From assembly GCA_964534375.1 (NCBI GenBank), contig CAZHPN010000060.1, positions 1 to 31,719 on the forward strand: a stretch of 31,719 nucleotides of DNA. The letters are read 5' to 3'. A program made the translations under genes and the position numbers. Positions 7,966-16,694 of the stretch are shown here, piece after piece. The notes beneath the pieces were generated by a model, which ran no database searches, was not told the origin of the DNA, and saw only the letters and a program-made list of their open reading frames with translations. Source of the stretch: an uncultured bacterium. GTDB taxonomy: Bacteria; Lernaellota; Lernaellaia; Lernaellales; Lernaellaceae. Numbering within the stretch: the stretch's first letter is position 1; the number at the start of each line of letters is the position of its first letter.

Positions 7966-8330
7966 CTAAACCGAAGTTCCCGGAAGTTTTAAGGCATGGA
8001 ACCGGGACATCTCTTTGATAAGGCAGGAGATGTTCCTGCAAGAACCGCGCCAAATGTACCCATGTAAATGGACCAAGCGCACGCCTGACCGCCTGCCCGT
8101 TCACAGCTTCCGCACGCTGCTCAACGTGCTGGCCACCCAGTGCCGCAACCGCTGCCGGATCGACACCGCGTCCGATGCGCCGACTTTCGAACAGTTGACC
8201 GAACCGACGACCTTGCAGCAACGCGCCTACAAATTGCTGCAGGTGCAGCCAGTAACGGGAACGCCGATTTCTGCACTTTCCCTGAATAATCAGCCACTTA
8301 TTAGTTTCTTGGCCGGGAACTTCGGATTAA
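7966..8330 (+). mobile_element. Internally deleted IS1634-like element (non-autonomous, MITE-sized remnant)
   Basis: Terminal inverted repeats CTAAACCGAAGTTCCCGG (7966-7983) and CCGGGAACTTCGGATTAA (8313-8330) match at 16/18. The interior encodes TKRTPDRLPVHSFRTLLNVLATQCRNRC...PTFEQLTEPTTLQQRAYKLL, which I recognise as an IS1634-type transposase C-terminus. No target duplication is visible. Confidence 0.8.
8072..8245 (+). pseudogene. C-terminal fragment of an IS1634-family transposase
   Basis: Only about 55-60 C-terminal codons remain. The DDE catalytic core is absent. Confidence 0.7.
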
Positions 8331-8359
8331 AAAAGCGGCCGGGCGAACCGCCCGGCCGC
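8329..8359 (-). terminator. Rho-independent terminator of the etf operon
   Basis: Perfect 11-bp stem GCGGCCGGGCG/CGCCCGGCCGC with a 3-nt loop, followed on the minus strand by T6. It lies 22 nt after the stop at 8382. Confidence 0.85.
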
Positions 8360-8381
8360 GCGAGCCAAACCCGACGAACCG

Positions 8382-10379
8382 TCAGGCGAGTTTTGCGGCG
8401 ACGATTTCGGCGATGTCGAACACCTTCACTTTATCCGCGACTTTTTCGTCTTTGACGCCGTCTTCGAACATCGTCATGCAATAGGGGCAGGCGACGGCGA
8501 CCGCGTCCGGCTTTTTCGTCAGCGCTTCGCGGACGCGATTGGCGTTGATGCGGTTTTCGGGGTCTTCTTCCATCCACATGCGGCCGCCGCCGGCGCCGCA
8601 GCAGAAGCTTTTTTCATGCGCCCGGTCCATTTCCAACGGCTTCTTGCCGGTGACCTTTTCGAGGATGTCGCGCGGCTGCTGGTAGATGCCGTTGTAGCGG
8701 CCGAGGTAGCACGAATCGTGGTACAGCACGCGGCCGAAGCCGTCGCTCTGATTCAGCTTCAACCGGCCCTGCGCCAGCAACTCGGTCAACAGTTCGGTGT
8801 GGTGCACGACCGGGATGTTCAAGCCGAATTGCTGGTAGTCGTTCTTCAGTGTCGTGAAGCAGTGCGGGCAGTAGGTGACGATCTTCTTGACGCCGCGCTG
8901 CTTGAACAACTCGACGTTCTCCTTCGCCATCCGTTCGAACACGAACTCGTTGCCCAGCCGGCGCAGCGAATCGCCGCAGCATTTTTCCTCGATCCCGAGA
9001 ATGCCGAACGACACGCCGGCCGCCTTCAACGCTTTGACCATCGCGATCGCCACTTTTTTGTTGCGCGCGTCGAACGCGCCGGCGCAGCCGACGAAGAACA
9101 AATAATCGACCGGGCCGTCGGCGACGAGCGGCACATCCAGTTCTTTGGCCCATTTGGCGCGGTCGCTGGGCGCGATGCCCCACGGGTTCGACCGCTGCTC
9201 GATCGCGTCGAAAAAGACGTTGAGTTCGTGCGGGAAGCTCGCCTGGTTCTGCACCAGGTGGCGGCGCATCTTGATCATCTTCGGCACGTGCTCGATGAAC
9301 ACCGGGCAATTCGCCATGCAGGCGCCGCAGGTCGTGCAATCCCAAATCGTGGCCTCGCCGACCGTGCCGTCAATCTCCTCGGATTTGCCGATCAGCGGCT
9401 GCAGGCCGTTGTCGCGGTTGCCGAAGCGGAGCTTGTCGCCGTTCGCGAGCAGATTGACCTTGCCGTCGTGAATGACGTAGCGCGGATTGAGATGCTTGTT
9501 GGTCTGCGTCGCCGGGCAATTCGCATTGCAGCGGCCGCACTCGGTGCAAGCCGTGAAATCCAGCAGGTCTTTCCAGGTGAACTGATCGACGACCGAGACG
9601 CCGTATTGCTTGTCCGGCGCGAACTCTTCGCGCGGAACGGTCGCGATCGGATCCCACGCGCGGGAAAAGACGTTGGGAATCGAGGTCAGAATGTGCATGT
9701 GCTTGCTGTACGGCAAGTAATTGAGAAACCCGAGGAAGATGAACGCGTGCAGCCACCAGAAGCCGCGGGTCGCGACGTGCAACGCGTGGAGATGCGAGCC
9801 GAACACGGCCCGCAGGAGCGGCGCGACGACGAAAGCGCTGACCGGCATGATCGAGCCCTGCGAGCCCGCCTGGGCGATCTCGCCGCCGTGCATGCCGTAA
9901 AAGGCCAGCATCAGGCCGCCGACCAGGCCCAGCACGAAATAGCCGTCGCGGCTGTTGTATTCGATGTACGCCGGCTTGAGCACCAGGCGACGGTAGTAGG
10001 CGATGGCCACGCAGACCAGCACCACGAGGCTGACCGCGTCGAACGCGAACGTCAGCACGCCGTAGAGGAACCCGCCGAGCAGGTGGAAGTTCACCTGCGG
10101 AAACAGGCCGCTGATCACGAATTCGGCGTTGGCCAGAAACAGGATCACGAAGCCCCAGAACAGAAAGAAGTGGTTGTAGCCGAACAATTCGGCGCGCACG
10201 CGCTTCTGGCCGAAGGCGAACTCGATCATGGTGCCGAACCGGCGGACCAGTTCGCCGCGCAGCCGCAGGTCCGGCCGGCCGAGGCGGACCAGCCGCACCA
10301 GCCGCCAGGCCGACGACAAGAAGGCAATGACCGCAGCGGTCAAAACGACCGCGAAAACCGTGGTTTCAATAGGTGACAT
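8382..10379 (-). CDS. Membrane-bound Fe-S oxidoreductase (FadF/EMO-like, HdrD/GlpC CCG family), putative ETF:quinone oxidoreductase
   Basis: N-terminal TM domain with His residues (NHFFLFWGF, WLHAF, KHMHI), two ferredoxin motifs (CTECGRCNANCP, CTTCGACMANCP) and two CCG domains (EKCCGD..CPHC; HDSCYLGR..FCCGAGGG..ACPYC). It sits directly downstream of etfBA. Confidence 0.88.
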   Translation of the reverse strand: MSPIETTVFAVVLTAAVIAFLSSAWRLVRLVRLGRPDLRLRGELVRRFGTMIEFAFGQKRVRAELFGYNHFFLFWGFVILFLANAEFVISGLFPQVNFHLLGGFLYGVLTFAFDAVSLVVLVCVAIAYYRRLVLKPAYIEYNSRDGYFVLGLVGGLMLAFYGMHGGEIAQAGSQGSIMPVSAFVVAPLLRAVFGSHLHALHVATRGFWWLHAFIFLGFLNYLPYSKHMHILTSIPNVFSRAWDPIATVPREEFAPDKQYGVSVVDQFTWKDLLDFTACTECGRCNANCPATQTNKHLNPRYVIHDGKVNLLANGDKLRFGNRDNGLQPLIGKSEEIDGTVGEATIWDCTTCGACMANCPVFIEHVPKMIKMRRHLVQNQASFPHELNVFFDAIEQRSNPWGIAPSDRAKWAKELDVPLVADGPVDYLFFVGCAGAFDARNKKVAIAMVKALKAAGVSFGILGIEEKCCGDSLRRLGNEFVFERMAKENVELFKQRGVKKIVTYCPHCFTTLKNDYQQFGLNIPVVHHTELLTELLAQGRLKLNQSDGFGRVLYHDSCYLGRYNGIYQQPRDILEKVTGKKPLEMDRAHEKSFCCGAGGGRMWMEEDPENRINANRVREALTKKPDAVAVACPYCMTMFEDGVKDEKVADKVKVFDIAEIVAAKLA

Positions 10380-10402
10380 GGCGTTTTTTCCCTCGTTGGC
10401 GC

Positions 10403-11740
10403 CTACAGTTCACAAGGACCCTTGGCCATTTCCGCAAATTTCTTCGTCAGCAACGGAACGATCTGGAACAAATCGCCGACGATCCCGTAATGCGCGACCT
10501 CGAAAATCGGCGCATCGCGGTCGCGGTTGATGGCGATGATCAGATTCGCATCCTGCATGCCGACCAGGTGCTGGATCGCGCCCGAAATGCCGCAGGCGAT
10601 GTAAATCTTCGGCCGCACCGTCTTGCCGGTCTGGCCAACCTGCCGCTCGTAGGGGATCCAACCGGCGTCCACCGCCGCGCGCGACGACGAAATCGTGCCG
10701 CCCAGCGTGTTGGCCAGCTCCTGCAAAATCGTGTAATTCTCGGGGCCCTGCATGCCGCGCCCGCCGGAGACGAGCACTTCGGCGCCGCCGATGTCGATGT
10801 GATCGGCCGCGTGCTCGTCGTGAATCACCTCGAGCACTTTGACCTTGATGTCTTCCTCTTTCATCTCGAGCGGTTCGTGAATGATTTCGCCCGTCGCGCC
10901 CGGCACGGCCTCGGGCTTGGGCATCACGTGCGGCCGCACCGAGGCCATTTGCGGCCGGTGCGTGCGGGTCAGAATCGTCGCCATGATGTTGCCGCCGAAT
11001 GCGGGGCGCGTCTGTTCGAGCAGGCGCTGCTCTTTGTCGATCGTCAACCCGGTGCAGTCGGCGGTCAGGCCCGTCCGCAGCTCGGTGGCCACGGCGCCGG
11101 CGAGGTCGCGGCCGAGGCCGGTCGCGCCCATCAGCACCACTTCCGGTTTGTATTTGCGGACCAGATCGACGCAACCTTTAAGGTACGGCTCCGTGCGGTA
11201 GTTGTGCAGCAGCGGGCTGTCGACCACATAGACTTTCGTCGCGCCGTGCGCAAAAGCCTCCGGCGCCAGGTGGTCGACCTGGTCGCCCAGGATGAAGGCG
11301 CACAGTTCGACGTCGAGATCCTTCGCCAGCGTCGCGCCGACGCCGAGCAGTTCCCAACTGACGGTCGCCGCGCAGCCGTCCTGCTGTTCGACGAAGACCC
11401 AGACGCCGCGATAGCTGGCGTCGGCGGCCGGCCCGGTCGGCGCCTTCGGCTTGGCGTCCTTGAGCAGGCCTTGTTTTTCCATCTCGGCGAGGATGGCCAG
11501 CTCTTCGGGCGTGTAATAAATCTCGATCGCCCCGGCGGGGCAAATATTGATGCACTTCTTGCAGGCAATGCACTTCTCGAGGTCGATGACCGGCTCGCCC
11601 TTGGCGTTCATGAGGACCGCATCGGTCGGGCACTCGGCCTCGCAACGCGCGCCGCAGGCAATGCACTTGCCGACAATCAGCCGGGCTTTGCCGCGCGGCC
11701 GCTTGGGCTTCTTCGCTTTGGGTTCGGTGGTTTCGGTCAT
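10403..11740 (-). CDS. etfA: Electron transfer flavoprotein alpha subunit with N-terminal 2x[4Fe-4S] ferredoxin domain
   Basis: [13 protein letters not shown] and [12 protein letters not shown], followed by ETF-alpha motifs [35 protein letters not shown] and GISGAIQH. Confidence 0.93.
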   Translation of the reverse strand: MTETTEPKAKKPKRPRGKARLIVGKCIACGARCEAECPTDAVLMNAKGEPVIDLEKCIACKKCINICPAGAIEIYYTPEELAILAEMEKQGLLKDAKPKAPTGPAADASYRGVWVFVEQQDGCAATVSWELLGVGATLAKDLDVELCAFILGDQVDHLAPEAFAHGATKVYVVDSPLLHNYRTEPYLKGCVDLVRKYKPEVVLMGATGLGRDLAGAVATELRTGLTADCTGLTIDKEQRLLEQTRPAFGGNIMATILTRTHRPQMASVRPHVMPKPEAVPGATGEIIHEPLEMKEEDIKVKVLEVIHDEHAADHIDIGGAEVLVSGGRGMQGPENYTILQELANTLGGTISSSRAAVDAGWIPYERQVGQTGKTVRPKIYIACGISGAIQHLVGMQDANLIIAINRDRDAPIFEVAHYGIVGDLFQIVPLLTKKFAEMAKGPCEL

Positions 11741-11797
11741 GGTATCGGGCCTCCGCGGCCTCGCCCGCCGCCCGCGATCGGACGGCGGCCGATGGGC

Positions 11798-12652
11798 CTA
11801 GTTGGAAAACGAAATCAAGTCTTTTTCGACCAGTTTGCGGATCAGCGTCTGCACGGCCCCGGCCGGGTCGTTCTCGCCGTCGCCGACGATTTCGCCGACG
11901 GCGCGCGTCGGTGCGAAAATCTTCTTGACATTGGTCGGCGAGCCCTTCAGGCCGAGCTGTTCGATCGGCAGGCCGAGGAACTTGTTGTCCCACACGGCGA
12001 TCGGCAGGCTCTCGGCCTCGAGCCGCCGCGGCACGGCCGGATAGCGCGGCTCGTTGATTTCGCGTACGAGCGTCATCAGCGCGGGCAGTTTCGCCAGCAC
12101 GACTTCCTTGCGGCCTTCGAGCTTGCGGCGGACCTTGATCGTCCGCTCCGCGGTGTCGACTTCGAAAATCTGGTCGACCAGCGTGAGCAGGCTGTACCGC
12201 AGGCGCACGGCCATGCCGGGGCCGACCTGCGCGGTGTCGCCGTCGATGGTCTGCTTGCCGCAAACGATCAGGTCGACGCGGCCGAACTCGCGTTCGATCC
12301 GCCGGATCGCCTCGGACAGCACGAAGCTGGTGGCCAGCGTGTCCGCGCCGCCGAACGCGCGGTCCGAAATCAACACGGCATCGTCCACGCCCAGCGCGAG
12401 GCACTTGCGCAACGTGGCGACCGAGTTCGGCGGCCCCATGGTGAGTGCCGTCACTTTGCAGCCGTACTTGTCTTTCAGGCGCAGCGCTTCCTCGACCGCG
12501 TGAATGTCGAACGGGTTAATAATGAATGGAACGCCCTCGCGAACCAGGGTGCCCGTGACCGGGTCGACCTTGACTTGCGTGGTGTCCGGCACTTGCTTGA
12601 CCGAAACTACGACGCGATTGAGCTTCGGCGCAGAACCGTTGTTGCCGCTCAT
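11798..12652 (-). CDS. etfB: Electron transfer flavoprotein beta subunit
   Basis: Motifs KQVPDT, INPFD, DRAFGGADTLATS, GKQTIDGDTAQVGP, NEPRY and GLKGSPT. Confidence 0.95.
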   Translation of the reverse strand: MSGNNGSAPKLNRVVVSVKQVPDTTQVKVDPVTGTLVREGVPFIINPFDIHAVEEALRLKDKYGCKVTALTMGPPNSVATLRKCLALGVDDAVLISDRAFGGADTLATSFVLSEAIRRIEREFGRVDLIVCGKQTIDGDTAQVGPGMAVRLRYSLLTLVDQIFEVDTAERTIKVRRKLEGRKEVVLAKLPALMTLVREINEPRYPAVPRRLEAESLPIAVWDNKFLGLPIEQLGLKGSPTNVKKIFAPTRAVGEIVGDGENDPAGAVQTLIRKLVEKDLISFSN

Positions 12653-12826
12653 GACTGCAAATCCCTCTCGCTGTTAGGGTGGTGTTCATACGTCTTGAAA
12701 AACGAAACAGGAAGGCCGCGCGGTTGGCGGGACTCGGCGTCCCCGACAATCATCGTGTGTTTGCGGACCAGAGCGAACTCCCTGCGCTGCCGAAAAGACT
12801 CACGGAACGGGCTCAGTTCGCGGCGG

Positions 12827-12854
12827 ATTATAGGGGTTTGAAGCGGCCTGTCAA
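12827..12854 (-). promoter_or_regulatory. Consensus sigma70 promoter for the etf operon
   Basis: Minus strand reads TTGACA-N16-TATAAT with both hexamers perfect, implying a 5' UTR of about 170 nt. Confidence 0.8.
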
Positions 12855-12982
12855 TCCCATCTTGAGCGATTCGTTTGCCGCCCGCGACGAGGGCGCGATG
12901 GCGTCGCGGCGACGGGCGGACCGCCGAAAGCCCAATGCCAGTCGGGCGTTCGCGACAATGTTAATTGGTTGCGAAAATCCTC

Positions 12983-13107
12983 TTGCATGTCGTTTGCTTT
13001 CGATGCACAATGCATCGGGGCGTTGGCGTCGCAGGCCAAGAAAAGAGTGTTGTTCCCGTGCGGTCCGTTCGAATTCGACTTGACTTTCAAACTGGTTTCT
13101 CTAAATT
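12983..13107 (+). promoter_or_regulatory. Two candidate sigma70 promoters for the exbB/exbD/exbD cluster
   Basis: TTGCAT-N17-CACAAT (12983-13011) and TTGACT-N16-TAAATT (13080-13107). Confidence 0.4.
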
Positions 13108-13263
13108 AACCGCCCTGAATCGTGTACTCGGTTAGGGCGCGGGAAACGTGTGTGGCGTTGAAAAATCAATACGGCGTTGATCGCGAGTCCGAAATCGTGC
13201 GGCGCCGAACGAAAGAACCGGAACCGGAAAACGAACCCGTAACTATTGAGGAAGAGGGATGCG

Positions 13264-13899
13264 ATGAATAATTTGGCCAATATTTTTCAACATGGCGGGC
13301 CGCCGATCTACATTAACCTGGTCGTTTCGATGGTCGTTATCGCGACGATCATCGAACGCGGCGTCGTCCTCTTCAGCCAATACCGGGTCAACACCGAGAA
13401 TTTCCTGCGCGCCATTCTCAACCTGGTCAAAAATAACCAGTTGGAGCGGGCCCTCAAGTATTGCGAGTCCACGAAACTGGCCGTGGCGAAAGTCTGCCGC
13501 GCCGGCCTGCTGAAGGCGAACCGCGGTTCGATGGAAATCTCGACGTCGATCGACGAAGAGTTGATGCGCGTCACGCCGGCGTTGGAAAAGCGCGTGGCCA
13601 ACCTTTGGTCGCTGGCGAACATCGCCACGCTGATCGGCTTGATCGGCACCATCTTCGGTCTGATCCGGTCATTCAGCGGCTTGGCGTCGATCAGTCCCGA
13701 ACAAAAGACAACCTTCTTGGCGCGCGGCATTTCCGAAGCGTTGTACAACACGGCGGTTGGCTTGACTATCGCCGTGTTCTGCATGATCGGCCATTTGCTG
13801 CTGTCCGGCATCAGCAAGAAATTGGTCCACGATCTCGAAATGAGCGCGGTGACGCTCGAGAATTACCTGGTTCAACAGCACACGGCCGACAAGAAGTAA
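13264..13899 (+). CDS. MotA/TolQ/ExbB proton channel protein (AglR-like)
   Basis: Three TM segments with ANIATLIGLIGTIFGLIRSF and LARGISEALYNTAVGL. The ATG at 13264 follows GAGGAAGAGGG. Confidence 0.92.
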   Translation: MNNLANIFQHGGPPIYINLVVSMVVIATIIERGVVLFSQYRVNTENFLRAILNLVKNNQLERALKYCESTKLAVAKVCRAGLLKANRGSMEISTSIDEELMRVTPALEKRVANLWSLANIATLIGLIGTIFGLIRSFSGLASISPEQKTTFLARGISEALYNTAVGLTIAVFCMIGHLLLSGISKKLVHDLEMSAVTLENYLVQQHTADKK

Positions 13900-13946
13900 A
13901 GCGGAACAAACGGCCGCTGGCAGTTGTCTAAGGAAATAGAGGACCG

Positions 13947-14501
13947 ATGAAACCGACTTCGCAACGACCGGGCCGCCAACTGGACGACAAGCAGGCCGCG
14001 GCCCTGCTCATACGGCGAGCCTCCAAGAAACTCCCGCTTTTCCATTCCATGGAAGAATTGAACCTCGTTCCGTACCTCGACGTCATGGTCAACTTGATTA
14101 TTTTCATGCTTGTCGCCATGTCGGCGTTTCTGCCCCTCGGCATCCTCAGCATCTTCCCGCCTGCGAGCGGCCAAGGGCAGGAGGCGAAAAACCAACAACC
14201 AGACGAGGGGAAGCCGCAACTGACGCTGACCGTTTTCATCACGACAAACGATTATACGATCGCCGGGATCGGCGGCGTGTTGCCGCCGATTACGAATCGG
14301 CCCGACGGCGACCACGATTACGCGGCACTGACGCAAAAAGCGCTCGAAATCAAAGACATGTATCCGACGGAACACCAAGTCATTATCGCCGCGGAACCAA
14401 ACATTCGCTACGAAGTGCTCGTCAAGACGATGGACGCGGTGCGCAACAAGGACGACCGGATCTTGTTCGACAACGTCAAGTTATCGCCGGGCTTGAAGTG
14501 A
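13947..14501 (+). CDS. ExbD/TolR family protein (AglQ-like)
   Basis: TM segment ELNLVPYLDVMVNLIIFML with the conserved Asp, and periplasmic IIAAEPNIRYEVLVKTMDAVR. Confidence 0.9.
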   Translation: MKPTSQRPGRQLDDKQAAALLIRRASKKLPLFHSMEELNLVPYLDVMVNLIIFMLVAMSAFLPLGILSIFPPASGQGQEAKNQQPDEGKPQLTLTVFITTNDYTIAGIGGVLPPITNRPDGDHDYAALTQKALEIKDMYPTEHQVIIAAEPNIRYEVLVKTMDAVRNKDDRILFDNVKLSPGLK

Positions 14502-14535
14502 CGTAAAGTCGTGAGCTTGGCGGGGGAATTCAGAT

Positions 14536-15168
14536 ATGGTCAATGACCGAGGGATAGGCGGAAACGGCGAACCGGACGCCCCGGATTTCTTCGCCGCGCT
14601 GCAAATGGTGCGCAAGCGCCGGCGCAAGGTCAATCAGGCCAAGCGCGCCGCCGAGGAGATCACCTACCTCAACATCGTCGCGATGATGGACATGATGACC
14701 ATTATCCTCGTTTTTCTGTTGAAGAGCGTTTCGTTCTCATCGTTTTCGGTGTCCGGTTCCGACGCACTGTCGCTGCCCTATTCTTCGACGCAAAATACGC
14801 CGATCGAAGCCGTGAAGATTTTCATCACCAAGCAAGAAGTCGTCGTCGAGGGCACGCGCGTCGCCGAATTGGCCAACGGCGTTATTCCCGACAAATATCT
14901 CGACGTCAATGCCGAAAGACCCACTGGGTACTTGATTCCCAATCTGAAAGAAGTCGTCACCAAGGAGGCCAATCGGCAATTACGGTTGGAGAAACTGGGC
15001 GAGAGATTTAAGTTTCAGGGGAATCTGACGATTTTGGCCGACAAGGATACGCCGTACCACGTGATCATGCAGGTTTTGTATTCCGCCGGTCAGGCCGCTG
15101 GCGGGACGGAGGAGCAGAAAATTTCCTTCGATAAGTTTCGCCTGATGGTCATGCGCACGGCGACCTAG
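14536..15168 (+). CDS. ExbD/TolR family protein (AglS-like)
   Basis: Basic N-terminus, TM segment LNIVAMMDMMTIILVFLLKS with the conserved Asp, and LTILADKDTPYHVIMQVLYSAGQA. Confidence 0.9.
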   Translation: MVNDRGIGGNGEPDAPDFFAALQMVRKRRRKVNQAKRAAEEITYLNIVAMMDMMTIILVFLLKSVSFSSFSVSGSDALSLPYSSTQNTPIEAVKIFITKQEVVVEGTRVAELANGVIPDKYLDVNAERPTGYLIPNLKEVVTKEANRQLRLEKLGERFKFQGNLTILADKDTPYHVIMQVLYSAGQAAGGTEEQKISFDKFRLMVMRTAT

Positions 15169-15229
15169 TGGTTCTATTTCTTCTGGCGCCGGCCGTCTGG
15201 CCGCTCGCTGTGACGTTAAGGAGTGGGAC

Positions 15230-15763
15230 ATGACGGACCAAATTGCGGGGGCGGCGAATCGGCGCAAGAAACTGCTCGTCGACAAACAAACCCAGGGCCA
15301 CCTGATTCAGTTGTTGGTGGCGTTCGCCCTCGTCATTCTAGTGCTCGTGCTGATGGTCGTGTTCTTCGCCTCCCACGGCAAGGCGGGGGCGTTGCCGTTA
15401 TTGGTGTCGTTGTTGTTGTCGATGATTTTGATCCTCATCGGCGTTGCGTATCTCGGTCTGCGGTTCAGCAACAAGATCGTGGGGCCGATGTTCAATTTCG
15501 GCCGGAATCTGCAACTGGTTCAACGCGGCGACTACACGTCCGTGGTTCGCCTGCGGCACGGCGACGAATTTCAAAACACGGCGGGCGTTTTCAATCTCGC
15601 GCTGGACGCGCTGCGAGGCCGCGTTCAGGAAGACATCGCTTTTCTCGACAAGCTTTCCGCCGAAATAGCCAAGACGAGCGATGGGAATAAGGACGCGCTT
15701 CTGGGCGCCATCAAGGATTATCGCTCGACCAAAGAGCGGCACATAACCAAGGAGCCAAACTGA
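15230..15763 (+). CDS. Two-TM HAMP domain protein without an obvious output domain
   Basis: Two hydrophobic helices, then the HAMP pattern KIVGPMFNF...VQRGDYTSVVRLRHGDEFQNTAGVFN and a short helical tail. AAGGAG RBS upstream. Confidence 0.75.
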   Translation: MTDQIAGAANRRKKLLVDKQTQGHLIQLLVAFALVILVLVLMVVFFASHGKAGALPLLVSLLLSMILILIGVAYLGLRFSNKIVGPMFNFGRNLQLVQRGDYTSVVRLRHGDEFQNTAGVFNLALDALRGRVQEDIAFLDKLSAEIAKTSDGNKDALLGAIKDYRSTKERHITKEPN

Positions 15764-15784
15764 GGCCAGAATAAGGGGGGGCAA

Positions 15785-16624
15785 ATGGCGACCAAAGAAG
15801 GCGGCGGTTTGGAACAGAAGGCGAAGAAGAACGACGCGGCGAACCAGGATTTCGATCTGGACGCCGATCTGGCCCGCCTAAAGAAGTCCAGCTATGTGTT
15901 GATCGCGGCGCTGATCATTTTGGTCGTCGCCTTTTTCATTTTGATGATCCTGAGCCTCTCCGGTTCCTTCGCGCTGCAGCAGAGCACGGACGCGCCGGCC
16001 GTTCTCAATTTCGTGTATCCGGTGAGCGACGGCGTCGCGGCGACGAAAGAGCCGACCGCCGAAACCGACATTATCGTCAAATTAAACAAGAAAGATCGGT
16101 TGTTCGAGGTCAAACGCATTCCCGGCTATGTGCGCGTCGAGTGGGATAGTCACGCGGGTTGGGTCGAAAGCGCCAAGGTCCGGTCGCGCCTCGAAGACGC
16201 TGCGGTCGGCGCCGGCTTGACCGGGACGCCTCTCGACGTGGTCGTCAAGGTGGAGTTGTTCCAGAAGGACGTGCTCGTCTCCGGCAAGGTCGTCAACAAC
16301 GCCGATCGCGAACTGAAAAACATTAATATGATCGTCAACTTCCTCGACGAAAAACGAGACATTATCGCGACCGAGCAAACGACGATCGCCACCGGCGAGG
16401 CGATCAAGCCCGGCGATTCGGCGGCGTTCCACGTCATCGGCCACGGTTTGTTGGGCGCGGCCAAATTCGTCGCCTACGAAATTCCGGCCTTGGAATTGGC
16501 CCATCCGACCGCGCCGATCACGGCTGGCGAAGAAGCGCCCCCGGCGGCGGCTCCGGCGGCCGCCCCAGCGGCTCCGGCCGCCGCTTCGCCCGCCAAGCCG
16601 AAGGCCGTCAAGAAAGGCAAGTAG
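15785..16624 (+). CDS. Single-pass membrane protein with SH3b-like and FxLYD-like domains and a Pro/Ala/Lys-rich tail
   Basis: One TM helix, an SH3b-like segment IIVKLNKKDRLFEVKRIPGYVRVEWDSHAGWVES, an FxLYD-like segment VSGKVVNNADRELKNINMIVNFLDEKRDII...IKPGDSAAF, and tail PPAAAPAAAPAAPAAASPAKPKAVKKGK. Confidence 0.65.
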   Translation: MATKEGGGLEQKAKKNDAANQDFDLDADLARLKKSSYVLIAALIILVVAFFILMILSLSGSFALQQSTDAPAVLNFVYPVSDGVAATKEPTAETDIIVKLNKKDRLFEVKRIPGYVRVEWDSHAGWVESAKVRSRLEDAAVGAGLTGTPLDVVVKVELFQKDVLVSGKVVNNADRELKNINMIVNFLDEKRDIIATEQTTIATGEAIKPGDSAAFHVIGHGLLGAAKFVAYEIPALELAHPTAPITAGEEAPPAAAPAAAPAAPAAASPAKPKAVKKGK

Positions 16625-16646
16625 GCCGCACGATTCGAGATAACAA

Positions 16647-16678
16647 CAAAGGCCCCGTTGCGGCGGGGCCTTTGCTTT
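16647..16678. terminator. Probable bidirectional intrinsic terminator
   Basis: Stem CAAAGGCCCCG/CGGGGCCTTTG between convergent genes, with A-rich and T-rich flanks. Confidence 0.85.
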
Positions 16679-16694
16679 CAAGCCTTCGCGCGCA

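Noticed and set aside
8015..8455. 146-aa ORF as a functional gene
   Set aside because: It is a chimera of the IS left end, the transposase tail and read-through past the right IR and terminator into the antisense of the next gene.
12728..12770. Resemblance of the etf leader (GCAAAC...GGGACGC) to a c-di-GMP-I riboswitch
   Set aside because: The GNRA-capped stem and the following AAAG/P3 elements are not evident. This is too weak to call without a covariance model.
10373..12841. 822-aa plus-strand ORF spanning etfA and etfB, and similar long antisense ORFs (9..1511, 4375..6369, 8616..10376, 16794..18794, 18604..21009, 20888..23149, 23161..25038)
   Set aside because: They are antisense shadows of well-supported genes. 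High GC and codon bias suppress stops, and the translations are Arg/Ala/Gly-rich with no recognisable motifs.
16540..16600. Repetitive GCGGC-rich DNA
   Set aside because: It simply encodes the Pro/Ala-rich protein tail.
13100..16650. Visibly more A/T-rich stretch as a horizontally acquired island
   Set aside because: There are no mobility genes or boundary repeats. Membrane-protein composition or expression-linked codon usage could explain it, and I did not quantify the shift.
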